A stretch of DNA of 64,000 bases from a virus. The notes below the pieces were generated by a model. The model did not search any database. It saw only the letters and a list, made by a program, of their open reading frames with translations, and was not told the origin of the DNA. The position numbers and the translations under genes were made by a program. Shown here piece after piece: positions 36,126-45,483 of the stretch. Within the stretch, counting starts at the first letter, position 1. Each line of letters opens with the position of its first letter. The stretch spans positions 1 through 64,000 of the IMG/VR virus record IMGVR_UViG_3300032286_000510; one strand, given 5' to 3'.

Positions 36126-36545
36126 ATGTCTAACACTCTCACGATGAACTACAAAGAACTTTATTCTCAGGAAACTGTTGATAAAATTGAAGAACTGATT
36201 GCTGATTCTTATGCTCTGGATGATATTGTAGATTTCATTGCTGAAACTTCGGAAGAATCTTTCCGCAGTTATTATCAAACCTATGTTGAAACTGGTGAAG
36301 AGTATTCTTATGAAGCAGTAGATGCTTTCATTGAAGAGTTTGGTCTTCATTCTTTGGTTGGTGATAACTTTCAAGATGCTTATCTGGGTCAATATGATTC
36401 CAAAGCAGATTATGCCGAGCAATATGTAAGTGAATGTTATTCTGTGGAAGTTCCTAGTTTTGTGGAAGTTGATTGGGAAGCAACATTTGATAATATGGAT
36501 GTTGTAATGAGTGATACTGGTTATGTGTTTGACAATCAATTCTGA
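36126..36545 (+). CDS. ArdA-like acidic antirestriction (DNA mimic) protein
   Basis: FQDAYLGQYDSKADYAEQ...VDWEA...GYVF; very acidic. Confidence 0.6.
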   Translation: MSNTLTMNYKELYSQETVDKIEELIADSYALDDIVDFIAETSEESFRSYYQTYVETGEEYSYEAVDAFIEEFGLHSLVGDNFQDAYLGQYDSKADYAEQYVSECYSVEVPSFVEVDWEATFDNMDVVMSDTGYVFDNQF

Positions 36546-36551
36546 ATCATT

Positions 36552-37294
36552 ATGAAACTTCAATCGCAAGACAATCCGTTGGTGGTTGATTTTTATCCCA
36601 CCAAAACCTTGACTGGTAATGTATCCAAAGAGTGGTTTCTCAAAACTATCACATTTCAAGGAAAGACATTATCTAAGATGATGCTCAACCGAATTGAAAT
36701 GAATCTTGAAGTTCAAACTTATTTGAACAATGATTCAATTCCTTTTGAAGTTGTAGATTTCAATACACTTCCTCAATTTGTGGAAGACCATTTTGCTGAA
36801 CCATTTTCTGCCTGAATTATTATGGAAGTCTATGCTGTGATTGGTGGTTCTTATTTTGGTGGGGAAGATTTTGATACATTGGAACTCTTTGATTGTAAAT
36901 CAACTTCGGAAGCATATGCCCATAAACTGGTAGAAGAAGATGGGTGTGATTATTTTAGAATGGACATCAGAGAAGTTAATATGGAATCGGCAATCAAACT
37001 ATAGTCGGTGTGCCACTTGTAGGGGTGGCACACTATATCCCCAAACCCCCTCAATCCGTGCTATGATTACGGAGTAATCAAGACAAAACGATGAAGTTTC
37101 AAGTTACTCAAATTGAGTTTGATTTTGAGATGGAGGATGATGAGTATCCTTCAGTTGATTATCAACAAGCACTCAGATATGACACAATCGGTCAAATCTG
37201 GGATGCTGATGATGCTGATGATTTAGTGGAAGAAATTACTTGTGCCACTGGTTGGTGTATCAAGTCTATTGATTATCGCATCATTCTTTCCTAG
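36552..37294 (+). other. small early ORFans (36552, 36822, 37091)
   Basis: Co-oriented ORFs behind promoter cassettes. Confidence 0.65.
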
Positions 37295-37321
37295 TCTTAC
37301 ACACAACTAACAAACAAACAA

Positions 37322-37624
37322 ATGTCTTATTCTGAAAAGTACCAGCAACTGGAAAATCAAATTCAAGAACTTCAAGCAGAAGTTGAAAGATTGAAGCAAG
37401 AAGAAACAAATAACAAACTTCCTCGTAATTTTGCGATTGATGTTGTCAAAAAAATCCTTGATGATGGTGATACTAATTACCTTGATGATGCCTTTGATTG
37501 GGTTGATACGAAACAAGGATATACTTATTGGAATGACATCTTTGACATTGAACCACTTCGTAAGAAAGATATCATTCAACTTCAAAAATGGGTGATTATC
37601 TATCTGGAACAAAATCAAAAGTAA
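37322..37624 (+). CDS. coiled-coil/FDW..T.QG..YW family, paralog 1
   Basis: Shares N- and C-terminal modules with 38181 and 38501. Confidence 0.75.
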   Translation: MSYSEKYQQLENQIQELQAEVERLKQEETNNKLPRNFAIDVVKKILDDGDTNYLDDAFDWVDTKQGYTYWNDIFDIEPLRKKDIIQLQKWVIIYLEQNQK

Positions 37625-37667
37625 ATCATAATTCTTAATCATTCAAACACACATTACAAACAACTTT

Positions 37668-37868
37668 ATGAACTCTGACAAGCAACGCAATTCTCAAATT
37701 GAAGTTTCGGTTGATTATATGAACGATCAAGTTTTTCATCTTATCAATGACAATCAAGCAGAGAATGCGAAAGCAATTCTAATGGAATGGGAAGAATTGA
37801 TGACACACGAAGATGGTGATGATTCAGTTACGGTTATTTGGATGAAGAATCTAGCAGGGTCTTACTGA
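37668..37868 (+). CDS. hypothetical protein
   Basis: 66 aa ORF. Confidence 0.6.
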   Translation: MNSDKQRNSQIEVSVDYMNDQVFHLINDNQAENAKAILMEWEELMTHEDGDDSVTVIWMKNLAGSY

Positions 37869-38180
37869 GTCCAATGATGCGATGTGCCAGTAATCCTTCT
37901 GGCACATAACACTCCCAAACGACCCTAGGACCTGCTATGATAAGAGGACACAAGCAAAGGAAACCAAAGTGAAGTTCAGTAAGGCACAATCTGTGATTAT
38001 TGAAGAGATCGGAAATACAAATTGTGTTCTAAATCATTCACAACGGATGCGAGCAATTCAACCTATGCTTGATTCCAACATCATCAAACGCACAGTGATT
38101 TATGGTCCTGAGGGTTGGGGCATTGGTTATCACTGGGAATTAGTTTAGTTCATTTCTCAACCAACTCAACAACCAACAAA

Positions 38181-38504
38181 ATGAAAAAGTACGAACAACT
38201 CGAATCTCAGATTCAAGAACTTCAAGCAAAAGTTGAAAGACTGAAACAAGAAGAAGCAAGCAATAAACTTCCTGATTACTTTGATGTTTGTCTTGTCAAA
38301 AAAGTAATTGCTGGTGATAATAGTAGCCTTCATGGTGCCTTTGATTGGGATGTTACTCCACAAGGTTATGATTATTGGGGGCGCATCTATTATAAGTATC
38401 AACCACTAACTGACAAGGACATCATTCAACTTCAAAAATGGGTGATTATCTGTCTGGAACTAATTAAAAGTACAACTTACTACACTCAACAACCAACAAA
38501 ATGA
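38181..38504 (+). CDS. coiled-coil/FDW..T.QG..YW family, paralog 2
   Basis: MKKYEQLESQIQELQ start. Confidence 0.75.
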   Translation: MKKYEQLESQIQELQAKVERLKQEEASNKLPDYFDVCLVKKVIAGDNSSLHGAFDWDVTPQGYDYWGRIYYKYQPLTDKDIIQLQKWVIICLELIKSTTYYTQQPTK

Positions 38505-38968
38505 AAAAGTACCAGCAACTCGAATCTCAAATTGAAGAACTTCAGAAAGAAGTTGAACGTCTCAAACAAGAAGAAACAGAACAAATTGATCTTTCAACTT
38601 GTATTGCCGGACAATTAGTTCAACTTCGCAATGGTCAGTTTGAGTATTACGAATATAAAGATGAGGCAGGTTTTTATATTGTTGGTGGTGAGCCTTTTAA
38701 TCAGGATGGAAGTTATTTTGTTAAATATACTGAACCCCAGTATGATGTAGTGAAAGTCTTTCCTGCCGAGATTCCAGTTCCTGATTCATTTAATGTTTCT
38801 CGTGCCAAGAAAGTTCTAAAAGGAGATGTTTATTGTCTTGGAGGTTCATTTGGTTTTGATGATACTCCGCAAGGAGATAAGTATTGGAGAGATATTTTCA
38901 CTGGTAAAACTCATCTTTCTCTTGGTGATATGATCTTCATTCAGAAGTGGATTATTCAATCACCCTGA
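38501..38968 (+). CDS. coiled-coil/FDW..T.QG..YW family, paralog 3 with inserted domain
   Basis: MKKYQQLESQIEELQ start. Confidence 0.75.
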   Translation: MKKYQQLESQIEELQKEVERLKQEETEQIDLSTCIAGQLVQLRNGQFEYYEYKDEAGFYIVGGEPFNQDGSYFVKYTEPQYDVVKVFPAEIPVPDSFNVSRAKKVLKGDVYCLGGSFGFDDTPQGDKYWRDIFTGKTHLSLGDMIFIQKWIIQSP

Positions 38969-39071
38969 ACGGTTAGCATACATAAGGGATGCTGATGTCT
39001 CTAACAACCGTAGACCCCTTGACAACCACCTCAAAAGGTGCTATGATAAGGGGACAGACAAACAAAAGAAA

Positions 39072-40023
39072 ATGAGTGAGTTTCAAAAAATCATTCAAGA
39101 AGCAAACTTTCAATCAAAGTCAAAGAACCAATTTATTCAAGAACTTTTGAAAGATAAAGTGTTCTGTTCATTGATGATTGAATCTTGTTTGATTGGATTT
39201 GTAGAGGGTGTGGTAGAAGCTATATTTCCTGATAAAAATAACTAATCTCTCACTCTCACCCATTCATTCAAAACACAATGACAACTCGTTTCACCTACGA
39301 CATCAAAACTCAACAACTTGTTTATGCTCTTGTTGATAAAGATGGTGTTTGTAAGTATCTGACTACTTCCATCACTGATGCTATCAAACTCACTCAAAAG
39401 AACTGAAATGAAAAACTTTGATCTCTTTCAATTTCTTGTAGTTGTTGGAGTTGTTGTTATTTTTCTAGCAGCTCCTATTGTTGGTGCGGGTAGGGTAATC
39501 GTAACACAACAAGCAATCAATCAAGAATGTAAGACTAATTATTCTTTCATTCAAGTTGCTCTTGCTGGAAATAATCTTTCACGCATTTGCCAAATCAAAA
39601 ATCAAACCATCACCATCAAATAACTAAAATGATTTTACTTCACAAAGAAGATCAAGGTGCTATTTACACTCTTGATGAGTTCAATGAGTTATTAGTTGCT
39701 CCTATTTACACTGATGGTTCAATCAATCTGAATGAGTTTGATGTTGTAGATATTGACCAATGTGATGATGAATATGAACTGCTAGATATTCAAAATGAAC
39801 TAATTTCTATGTCCTCTGTATCTCTTGTTACAAAATGATTGATATGCGGGTCACTTCTAACTATGGTTACATTCATACCAAGTTATTTTATCTTGGATGG
39901 AGTCATTGTCAATCAAAAGATGAAGAACAATTTGGTTTTTCTATTGGTAATTTGTATGTTGGAGTATATAATCATCAATGGTTTGGTGGATTTCTTGATG
40001 AAAATGGTGTATTGAAAGAATGA
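39072..40023 (+). other. last small early ORFans (39408, 39629, 39835 and shorter)
   Basis: Behind TTGACA...TGCTATGAT promoter at ~39019. Confidence 0.6.
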
Positions 40024-40080
40024 AATAAATGTATTAAAAAACATTATGTGTTGATTTGTTAATGATTTGTTAATTGTATC

Positions 40081-40184
40081 TTTATGTGTTAATGAGTTCT
40101 TCTATCTGTTAATGCTTGATTGAACCTTCTACTTTATGTGTTAATGAGTTCTTTTATCTGTTAATGCTTGATTGAACCTTCTAC
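40081..40184. repeat. tandem ~52-bp AT-rich duplication
   Basis: TTTATGTGTTAATGAGTTCTTYTATCTGTTAATGCTTGATTGAACCTTCTAC x2. Confidence 0.85.
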
Positions 40185-40337
40185 TTTTTATGGGTCTAAG
40201 CCCGCTAATTATAACACAAACCACCTCAAATGTCAAGTATTTCCAGACACTTGCACAACTGGCACAAGGCATCAACATAATATTCTGTCTTGTGCTATAC
40301 TATAAGGGAACGATTCTCTATAGGGGGAACTGATAGG

Positions 40338-40500
40338 TTTTCCACAGGTTATACACAATAGTTTTCCACAGGCAATTAACAAATCCCAGTGATTGCAGTG
40401 GTTTATGATTTTTACCCTGTGGAAAACTTTTATACTTTTTCCACAGGTTATCATAAAGTTGTGGAAAACTATTATACTTTTTTCACAACCCTGTGGAAAA
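40338..40500. promoter_or_regulatory. cluster of eight DnaA-box-like 9-mers (putative origin or DnaA sink)
   Basis: TTTTCCACA 40338, 40362, 40437; TGTGGAAAA 40418, 40460, 40492; TTATACACA 40349; TTTTTCACA 40479. Confidence 0.7.
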
Positions 40501-40586
40501 CTATCATAAGAACATCTAATTCGTGCTATCAGATACTTCGTGTAATCCTATACTATCAGTTATTCTTATAGATCTTCGTCTTTTGC

Positions 40587-40948
40587 ATACCTAGGGATAT
40601 GTTTCGTGTATTAGAATCAAGCAGTACTAAATGGTTCTTAATAAGCACCACTGTTTGATACTTAACACACTGACAAAATATACTAGATTGCATTTCGTTT
40701 ATTCTATTATACTTTGCAACTTCGTCAATATTTTATAGTATTAGGCAGTGCTTCGTGTTATAGTATAGCTTACTCATTCGTTTATGCAGGGAGGATAATG
40801 TTCTTAAATATAATATACCTGGGGGTATGTTTCGTGTATTAGAATCAAATTGCACTAAATGGACAGTTATATCGTCGCCTTCGTTATAGCGTACCTGGGG
40901 GTATGTTTCGTGTATTAGAATAAAAATGTCCTAAATGGACAGTTATAT
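40587..40948. repeat. three ~50-bp direct repeats
   Basis: TACCTRGGGRTATGTTTCGTGTATTAGAAT...CTAAATGG at ~40588, 40816, 40892. Confidence 0.8.
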
Positions 40949-41208
40949 TTTGGGGGTTTGTGTTAATTATACGCCCCGTTGCCCGCCCTTAAGGCGTAAA
41001 AGGCGTCCTAACCCCAAAAGCTAATTTAAAGGGTCCCTGTAACCTACAAAACTTTGAAAACGCTCGAACATATACACGTTAATTAAAAAAAATTTCCAGG
41101 ATTCAAAATTCCCACACAGGTTTACACAAGGAACAAAAAATTTTCCCAGAAAAAAACACTCACAAAAGGACAAAAAATACTATATAAAAAGAAACACACA
41201 TTTCAAAT

Positions 41209-41361
41209 ATGAAACTGGAATTTGACGATTACGAAAAAGATCTATTACTGGAAACAATTCAGCATAGATTATACACAGATAAAATATTAGTGATTAATAA
41301 TACTCTTAGAGAAGAAATTGAAGATCTTCTCAGAAAAGTAGAAGAAGATGAATACTTATAA
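41209..41361 (+). CDS. small hypothetical protein
   Basis: MKLEFDDYEKDLLLETI... Confidence 0.55.
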   Translation: MKLEFDDYEKDLLLETIQHRLYTDKILVINNTLREEIEDLLRKVEEDEYL

Positions 41362-41518
41362 TATTTCAGTCAAAGGCACGAATATTATAAGTCAATTACC
41401 TCAGAGTGATTTGCAGGAAAATCTGAAACTTATCAGGGGACTTGTATGGACTTCTGGGGGCAATGATGATGATATCAAGATCACACTAAATAAAGCAGAA
41501 CCACCTTGCAATAAATGA
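41348..41518 (+). CDS. small hypothetical protein
   Basis: MNTYNISVKG... Confidence 0.55.
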   Translation: MNTYNISVKGTNIISQLPQSDLQENLKLIRGLVWTSGGNDDDIKITLNKAEPPCNK

Positions 41519-41566
41519 GTTGTGGTGGTAGAATAATAAAGGTACTATTTTTAAAATTTTATACTT

Positions 41567-42322
41567 ATGGCAAAAGGTTTTACGGTAAAGGCAGCAGCAC
41601 CCAAATCTTCAAATAACAATGAAGATGATTTTGATTTAGCATCAGCAAAACAAGCAATACAAGGAAAATCAATTGTATTTTGTCTTCCTGGACGAGGAGT
41701 ATCATATACTTTTCTAAAAAACTTCGTTCAATTGTGTTTTGATCTAGTTCAATCTGGAGCAAGTATTCAGATTTCACAAGATTACAGTTCAATGGTGAAT
41801 TTTGCTCGTTGTAAAGTTCTTGGGGCAAATGTTCTCAGAGGACCAAAGCAAGTTCCTTGGGATGGTCGTTTAAAGTATGATTATCAGTTATGGATTGATA
41901 GTGATATTGTATTTGATACTGAAAAGTTTTATCGTCTTGTTTCAATGAATAAGGACATTGCAGCGGGATGGTATTGTACTGAGGACGGAATGACCACCTC
42001 AGTTGCTCATTGGTTAGACGAAGATGATTTCAGAGGCAATGGTGGAGTGATGAATCACGAAACCTTAGAAACGATGGGCAAACGTCGCAAGATGTTTACA
42101 GTTGATTACACAGGTTTTGGATGGGTACTCATCAAGAATGGAGTCTTTGAGAATCTTGAATATCCCTGGTTTGCACCGAAGATGCAAGTCTTCGAATCTG
42201 GTGAGGTTCAGGACATGTGTGGTGAGGATGTCTCATTCTGTCTAGATGCAAAAGAAGCAGGATTTGAGATTTGGTGTGATCCAAAGATTCGTGTTGGACA
42301 TGAAAAGACTAGAATCATTTGA
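41567..42322 (+). CDS. conserved cyanophage GT-A fold glycosyltransferase-like protein
   Basis: LWIDSDIVF DxD motif; GFGWVLIK; GEDVSFC; VGHEK. Confidence 0.85.
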   Translation: MAKGFTVKAAAPKSSNNNEDDFDLASAKQAIQGKSIVFCLPGRGVSYTFLKNFVQLCFDLVQSGASIQISQDYSSMVNFARCKVLGANVLRGPKQVPWDGRLKYDYQLWIDSDIVFDTEKFYRLVSMNKDIAAGWYCTEDGMTTSVAHWLDEDDFRGNGGVMNHETLETMGKRRKMFTVDYTGFGWVLIKNGVFENLEYPWFAPKMQVFESGEVQDMCGEDVSFCLDAKEAGFEIWCDPKIRVGHEKTRII

Positions 42323-42498
42323 GGTACTTCTCTCAGGCGCTTCTTGACTTTTTCAACTGAATAATGATAAAATGCCTTTGTGGGAGGTTTTAAGTCTTAC
42401 AAAGGCATTTTCAATGTTCTCAGAAGGTATTAAAGATTATAAGTCTTCTGAAAAAACCGTACAAAAACCGTTTTATAAACAAATTGGGAGAAAATTAA

Positions 42499-42633
42499 AT
42501 GGCTGTTTCAAAAAAAGAGATGAAGATTGGGAGTAATCCAAAGAATACTCGTCAAGGTGAAGGGAAAAATACCAAATACGCAAAATCAAGTCGTAATGGT
42601 GCTCGAAAAAAGTATAGAGGTCAAGGTCGTTGA
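42499..42633 (+). CDS. conserved small basic T4-like phage protein
   Basis: PKNTRQG.GK...KKYRGQGR; GGAG SD. Confidence 0.75.
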   Translation: MAVSKKEMKIGSNPKNTRQGEGKNTKYAKSSRNGARKKYRGQGR

Positions 42634-42851
42634 TTCAATTGAATCCACAAATCCCGGTTATTACCCCAAAAGGTAATGGCTGGGCTTTCTTTTTGATAGA
42701 TCGTTCTCAAGAACATGACCTTGAATGGATAGTTTTTCTAGATGATGGTGGTTTTTGTTGGACTTTTCGAAATTCAGATATTCGAATTCAGAAAAATTTA
42801 ACATTTAATAGAGATTCTATTCTACAATTTAACGAAAAGATTGAAAAATAA
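42630..42851 (+). CDS. hypothetical protein
   Basis: TTG start overlapping upstream stop; QLNPQIPVITPKG. Confidence 0.65.
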   Translation: MIQLNPQIPVITPKGNGWAFFLIDRSQEHDLEWIVFLDDGGFCWTFRNSDIRIQKNLTFNRDSILQFNEKIEK

Positions 42852-42917
42852 AATAATATAGATAAAATATGGGATAGAAACCCCAAAAAAAGTTCTGATT
42901 TTCAATCAGGAGCCAAA

Positions 42918-43157
42918 ATGTCAAACCAAAAAGTCGATAGAGACCAAGAATACATGAGAAAAATGTGGGGGACCACAAAATTGATTACAGATTATCAAAT
43001 AGATCCAACAAAAAGGGTCATTCAAGAATTTATGTATGACGTTGCGCCAAAGCACGACCTAAAAAAACAGACTGATCTTCACGAAAAAATTCGTAATGAC
43101 GAAGATTATGATGATTGGTCTTATGGAACTGAACCTGCTTACGGAAAAAGTTGGTAA
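42918..43157 (+). CDS. conserved cyanophage hypothetical protein
   Basis: MWGTTKLITDY...HEKIRNDEDYDDW. Confidence 0.75.
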   Translation: MSNQKVDRDQEYMRKMWGTTKLITDYQIDPTKRVIQEFMYDVAPKHDLKKQTDLHEKIRNDEDYDDWSYGTEPAYGKSW

Positions 43158-43193
43158 AAAGTATTATAGATATATAAAAGTGCAAAAATTTGA

Positions 43194-43595
43194 ATGGCAG
43201 TAACAATTTCTCGCAGTTTTAAAGATATTAGTTTGTCTTTTGCGAGACATCCAGTTACAAATGATGTAACCATTCTCAAAAATGAGGATGCAATCAAAAG
43301 ATCTGTCATAAATTTGGTCAGAACTCGCATTAATGAAAGATTTTTTAATAGTTTGTTGGGTTCTTCTGTGGATAATTCATTATTTGAACTCCAATCTTCT
43401 GGTGTATCTTCATTTTTACAAGAAGAAATCACATCACTTCTCGAAAACTTTGAACCTAGAATTAGATTAAGAAGTGTTGTGATTGATACTCCAGAAGATT
43501 CTAATGATTTAAATATTCGTATTTCTTATGATATTGTTGGTTTACCATTTCCAACTCAAAATATAGAATTCATCTTACAACCAACTAGAGTATAA
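43194..43595 (+). CDS. gp25: baseplate wedge subunit gp25
   Basis: FKDISLSF..HPVT...AIKRSV...ER.F...FEPRI. Confidence 0.92.
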   Translation: MAVTISRSFKDISLSFARHPVTNDVTILKNEDAIKRSVINLVRTRINERFFNSLLGSSVDNSLFELQSSGVSSFLQEEITSLLENFEPRIRLRSVVIDTPEDSNDLNIRISYDIVGLPFPTQNIEFILQPTRV

Positions 43596-45481
43596 TGGCA
43601 TTCAATCAGTTTACCAACTTAGATTTTGGCGATCTACGAACTCAGATTAAAGATTATCTGAGAACAAATTCTAATTTTACTGATTTTGATTTTGAAGGAT
43701 CCAACTTTTCGGTCCTGATTGATATTCTTGCTTATAATAGTTACATTACATCATACAATACCAATATGGCTATCAATGAGTCATTCATTGATAGCTCCAC
43801 ATTAAGAGAAAATGTAGTTTCTTTAGCAAGAAATATTGGTTATGTGCCAAGATCTGTTAAATCCGCAAAAGCAAAGATTAGTTTTAGTGTAGATGTTAGT
43901 AATATTAATACAAGATTAGTAAAATTGAATGCTGGCGTAGTTGCTTTGGGGTCAGTTCAAGGCGGAAATTATATTTTTTCAATTCCTGAAGATATTTCAG
44001 TAACACCAAATCAAAATGGAATCGCAATATTTGATAATGTCGAGATTTATGAAGGAACATTTTTAAATAAGACCTTTAATGTAGATAATTCGCAAACAAA
44101 TGCAAAATATATCTTACCAAATGCAAATATTGACACCTCAACAATTAGAGTTTCTGTTACTGGCACCACAACAGAGAAATATGAACTCTATACAAATATT
44201 TTTGCAGTAGAACCAAACTCAAAAATCTTTTTAATTCAAGAAATTGATGATGAAAAGTATCAAATTTTGTTTGGTGATAATATTTTTGGAAAAAATCCAG
44301 ACAATGGCAGTAAAATTACTGTATCATACATTATAACAAATGGAATTGATGGTAATGGTGGTGCAAATTTCACATTTTCTGGCAATTTATCTTATATTGA
44401 GAATGGAATTACTAAACCAGTCACTTCCGGCATATCTCTCCTAACAACTCTACAATCGTCTGAAAACGGTGATAGCATAGAATCTATAGATACTATCAAA
44501 TATCTTGCCCCAAGGGTCTACGCATCGCAATATAGGGCAGTTACGTCTAATGATTATACAAGTTTAATTCCATTTTTATATTCAAATGTTGACTCGGTAA
44601 GCGCATATGGTGGAGAAGAACTTGATCCTCCACAATATGGCAAAGTTTACATTACAATTAAACCAAAAAATGGTGAAACTCTTTCCGATATTACGAAAAA
44701 TTCAATCAAAAATGATTTAAAGAAGTATACAGTAGCAGGTATTAAACAAGAATTTATTGATTTGAAGTATTTGTATGTCGAATATGATTCCACGGTATCA
44801 TATGATCCAAGTTTTATATCAAATAAAGAAAATCTCCATACAAGAATTCAATCAGCAATCAATTCGTATTCAAAATCTTCTGATATTAATTCCTTCGGTG
44901 GAAGGATTAAATATAGTAAGATGATTTCATTGATTGATAATGTGGATAAGGGAATAACTTCAAATATTACTCTCTTAAAAATGAGAAGAAACCTTTCTCC
45001 TGCATATAATGCACTTGCTAACTATGAATTATGTTTTGTAAATAAATTTCACGCAGATGTTTATGGATTTAATATCCGTTCGACACCATTCAAAATAAGT
45101 GGAGTGGATAACGATATATATTTGACCGATCTTCCGGATGATTCAACAGGAAAAACAGGAAAAATTAAATTTTTTACTTTAATAAACGGATCTCCAAATT
45201 TTATCAATAATAATGCTGGAACAGTAAACTACGAAAAAGGAGAAATTATACTATATCCCGTAACTATTACATCTACAACATCTTCTGTTGGAATTGAGAT
45301 TGAAGTTGTTCCGGATTCTAATGACATTATTGCAAAAGAAAATCTTTACATTATCCTAGATACTACAAGTAATAGTTTACTAAATCTTATAGAAGATCCC
45401 ATATCTTCCGGATCTAATAAATCTGGAAATTCTTACGTTCCACCTTCTAGTTTTACAAGCAATAAAAAGTATACGAGATAA
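43595..45481 (+). CDS. gp6: baseplate wedge subunit gp6
   Basis: FTDFDFEGSN...RENVVSLAR; QYRAVT..DY; GGEE..PPQYGKV. Confidence 0.95.
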   Translation: MAFNQFTNLDFGDLRTQIKDYLRTNSNFTDFDFEGSNFSVLIDILAYNSYITSYNTNMAINESFIDSSTLRENVVSLARNIGYVPRSVKSAKAKISFSVDVSNINTRLVKLNAGVVALGSVQGGNYIFSIPEDISVTPNQNGIAIFDNVEIYEGTFLNKTFNVDNSQTNAKYILPNANIDTSTIRVSVTGTTTEKYELYTNIFAVEPNSKIFLIQEIDDEKYQILFGDNIFGKNPDNGSKITVSYIITNGIDGNGGANFTFSGNLSYIENGITKPVTSGISLLTTLQSSENGDSIESIDTIKYLAPRVYASQYRAVTSNDYTSLIPFLYSNVDSVSAYGGEELDPPQYGKVYITIKPKNGETLSDITKNSIKNDLKKYTVAGIKQEFIDLKYLYVEYDSTVSYDPSFISNKENLHTRIQSAINSYSKSSDINSFGGRIKYSKMISLIDNVDKGITSNITLLKMRRNLSPAYNALANYELCFVNKFHADVYGFNIRSTPFKISGVDNDIYLTDLPDDSTGKTGKIKFFTLINGSPNFINNNAGTVNYEKGEIILYPVTITSTTSSVGIEIEVVPDSNDIIAKENLYIILDTTSNSLLNLIEDPISSGSNKSGNSYVPPSSFTSNKKYTR

Positions 45482-45483
45482 AG

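Larger units (their letters stand above)
3028..40270 (+). repeat. dispersed palindrome+early-promoter repeat (GTGCCA-N10-TGGCAC ... TGCTATAAT), about 30 copies
   Basis: e.g. ~19844, 26253, 28708, 32315, 32617, 33885, 35126, 36045, 37010, 37884; half-sites AACTGGCACA elsewhere. Confidence 0.85.

Noticed and set aside
3028-40270. CRISPR array from the GTGCCA/TGGCAC or CAGCAA repeats
   Set aside because: Repeats are degenerate, irregularly spaced and separated by genes; no cas genes
40272-40571. 60-aa ORFs across the DnaA-box cluster
   Set aside because: No SD; apparent peptide repeats come from the DNA boxes
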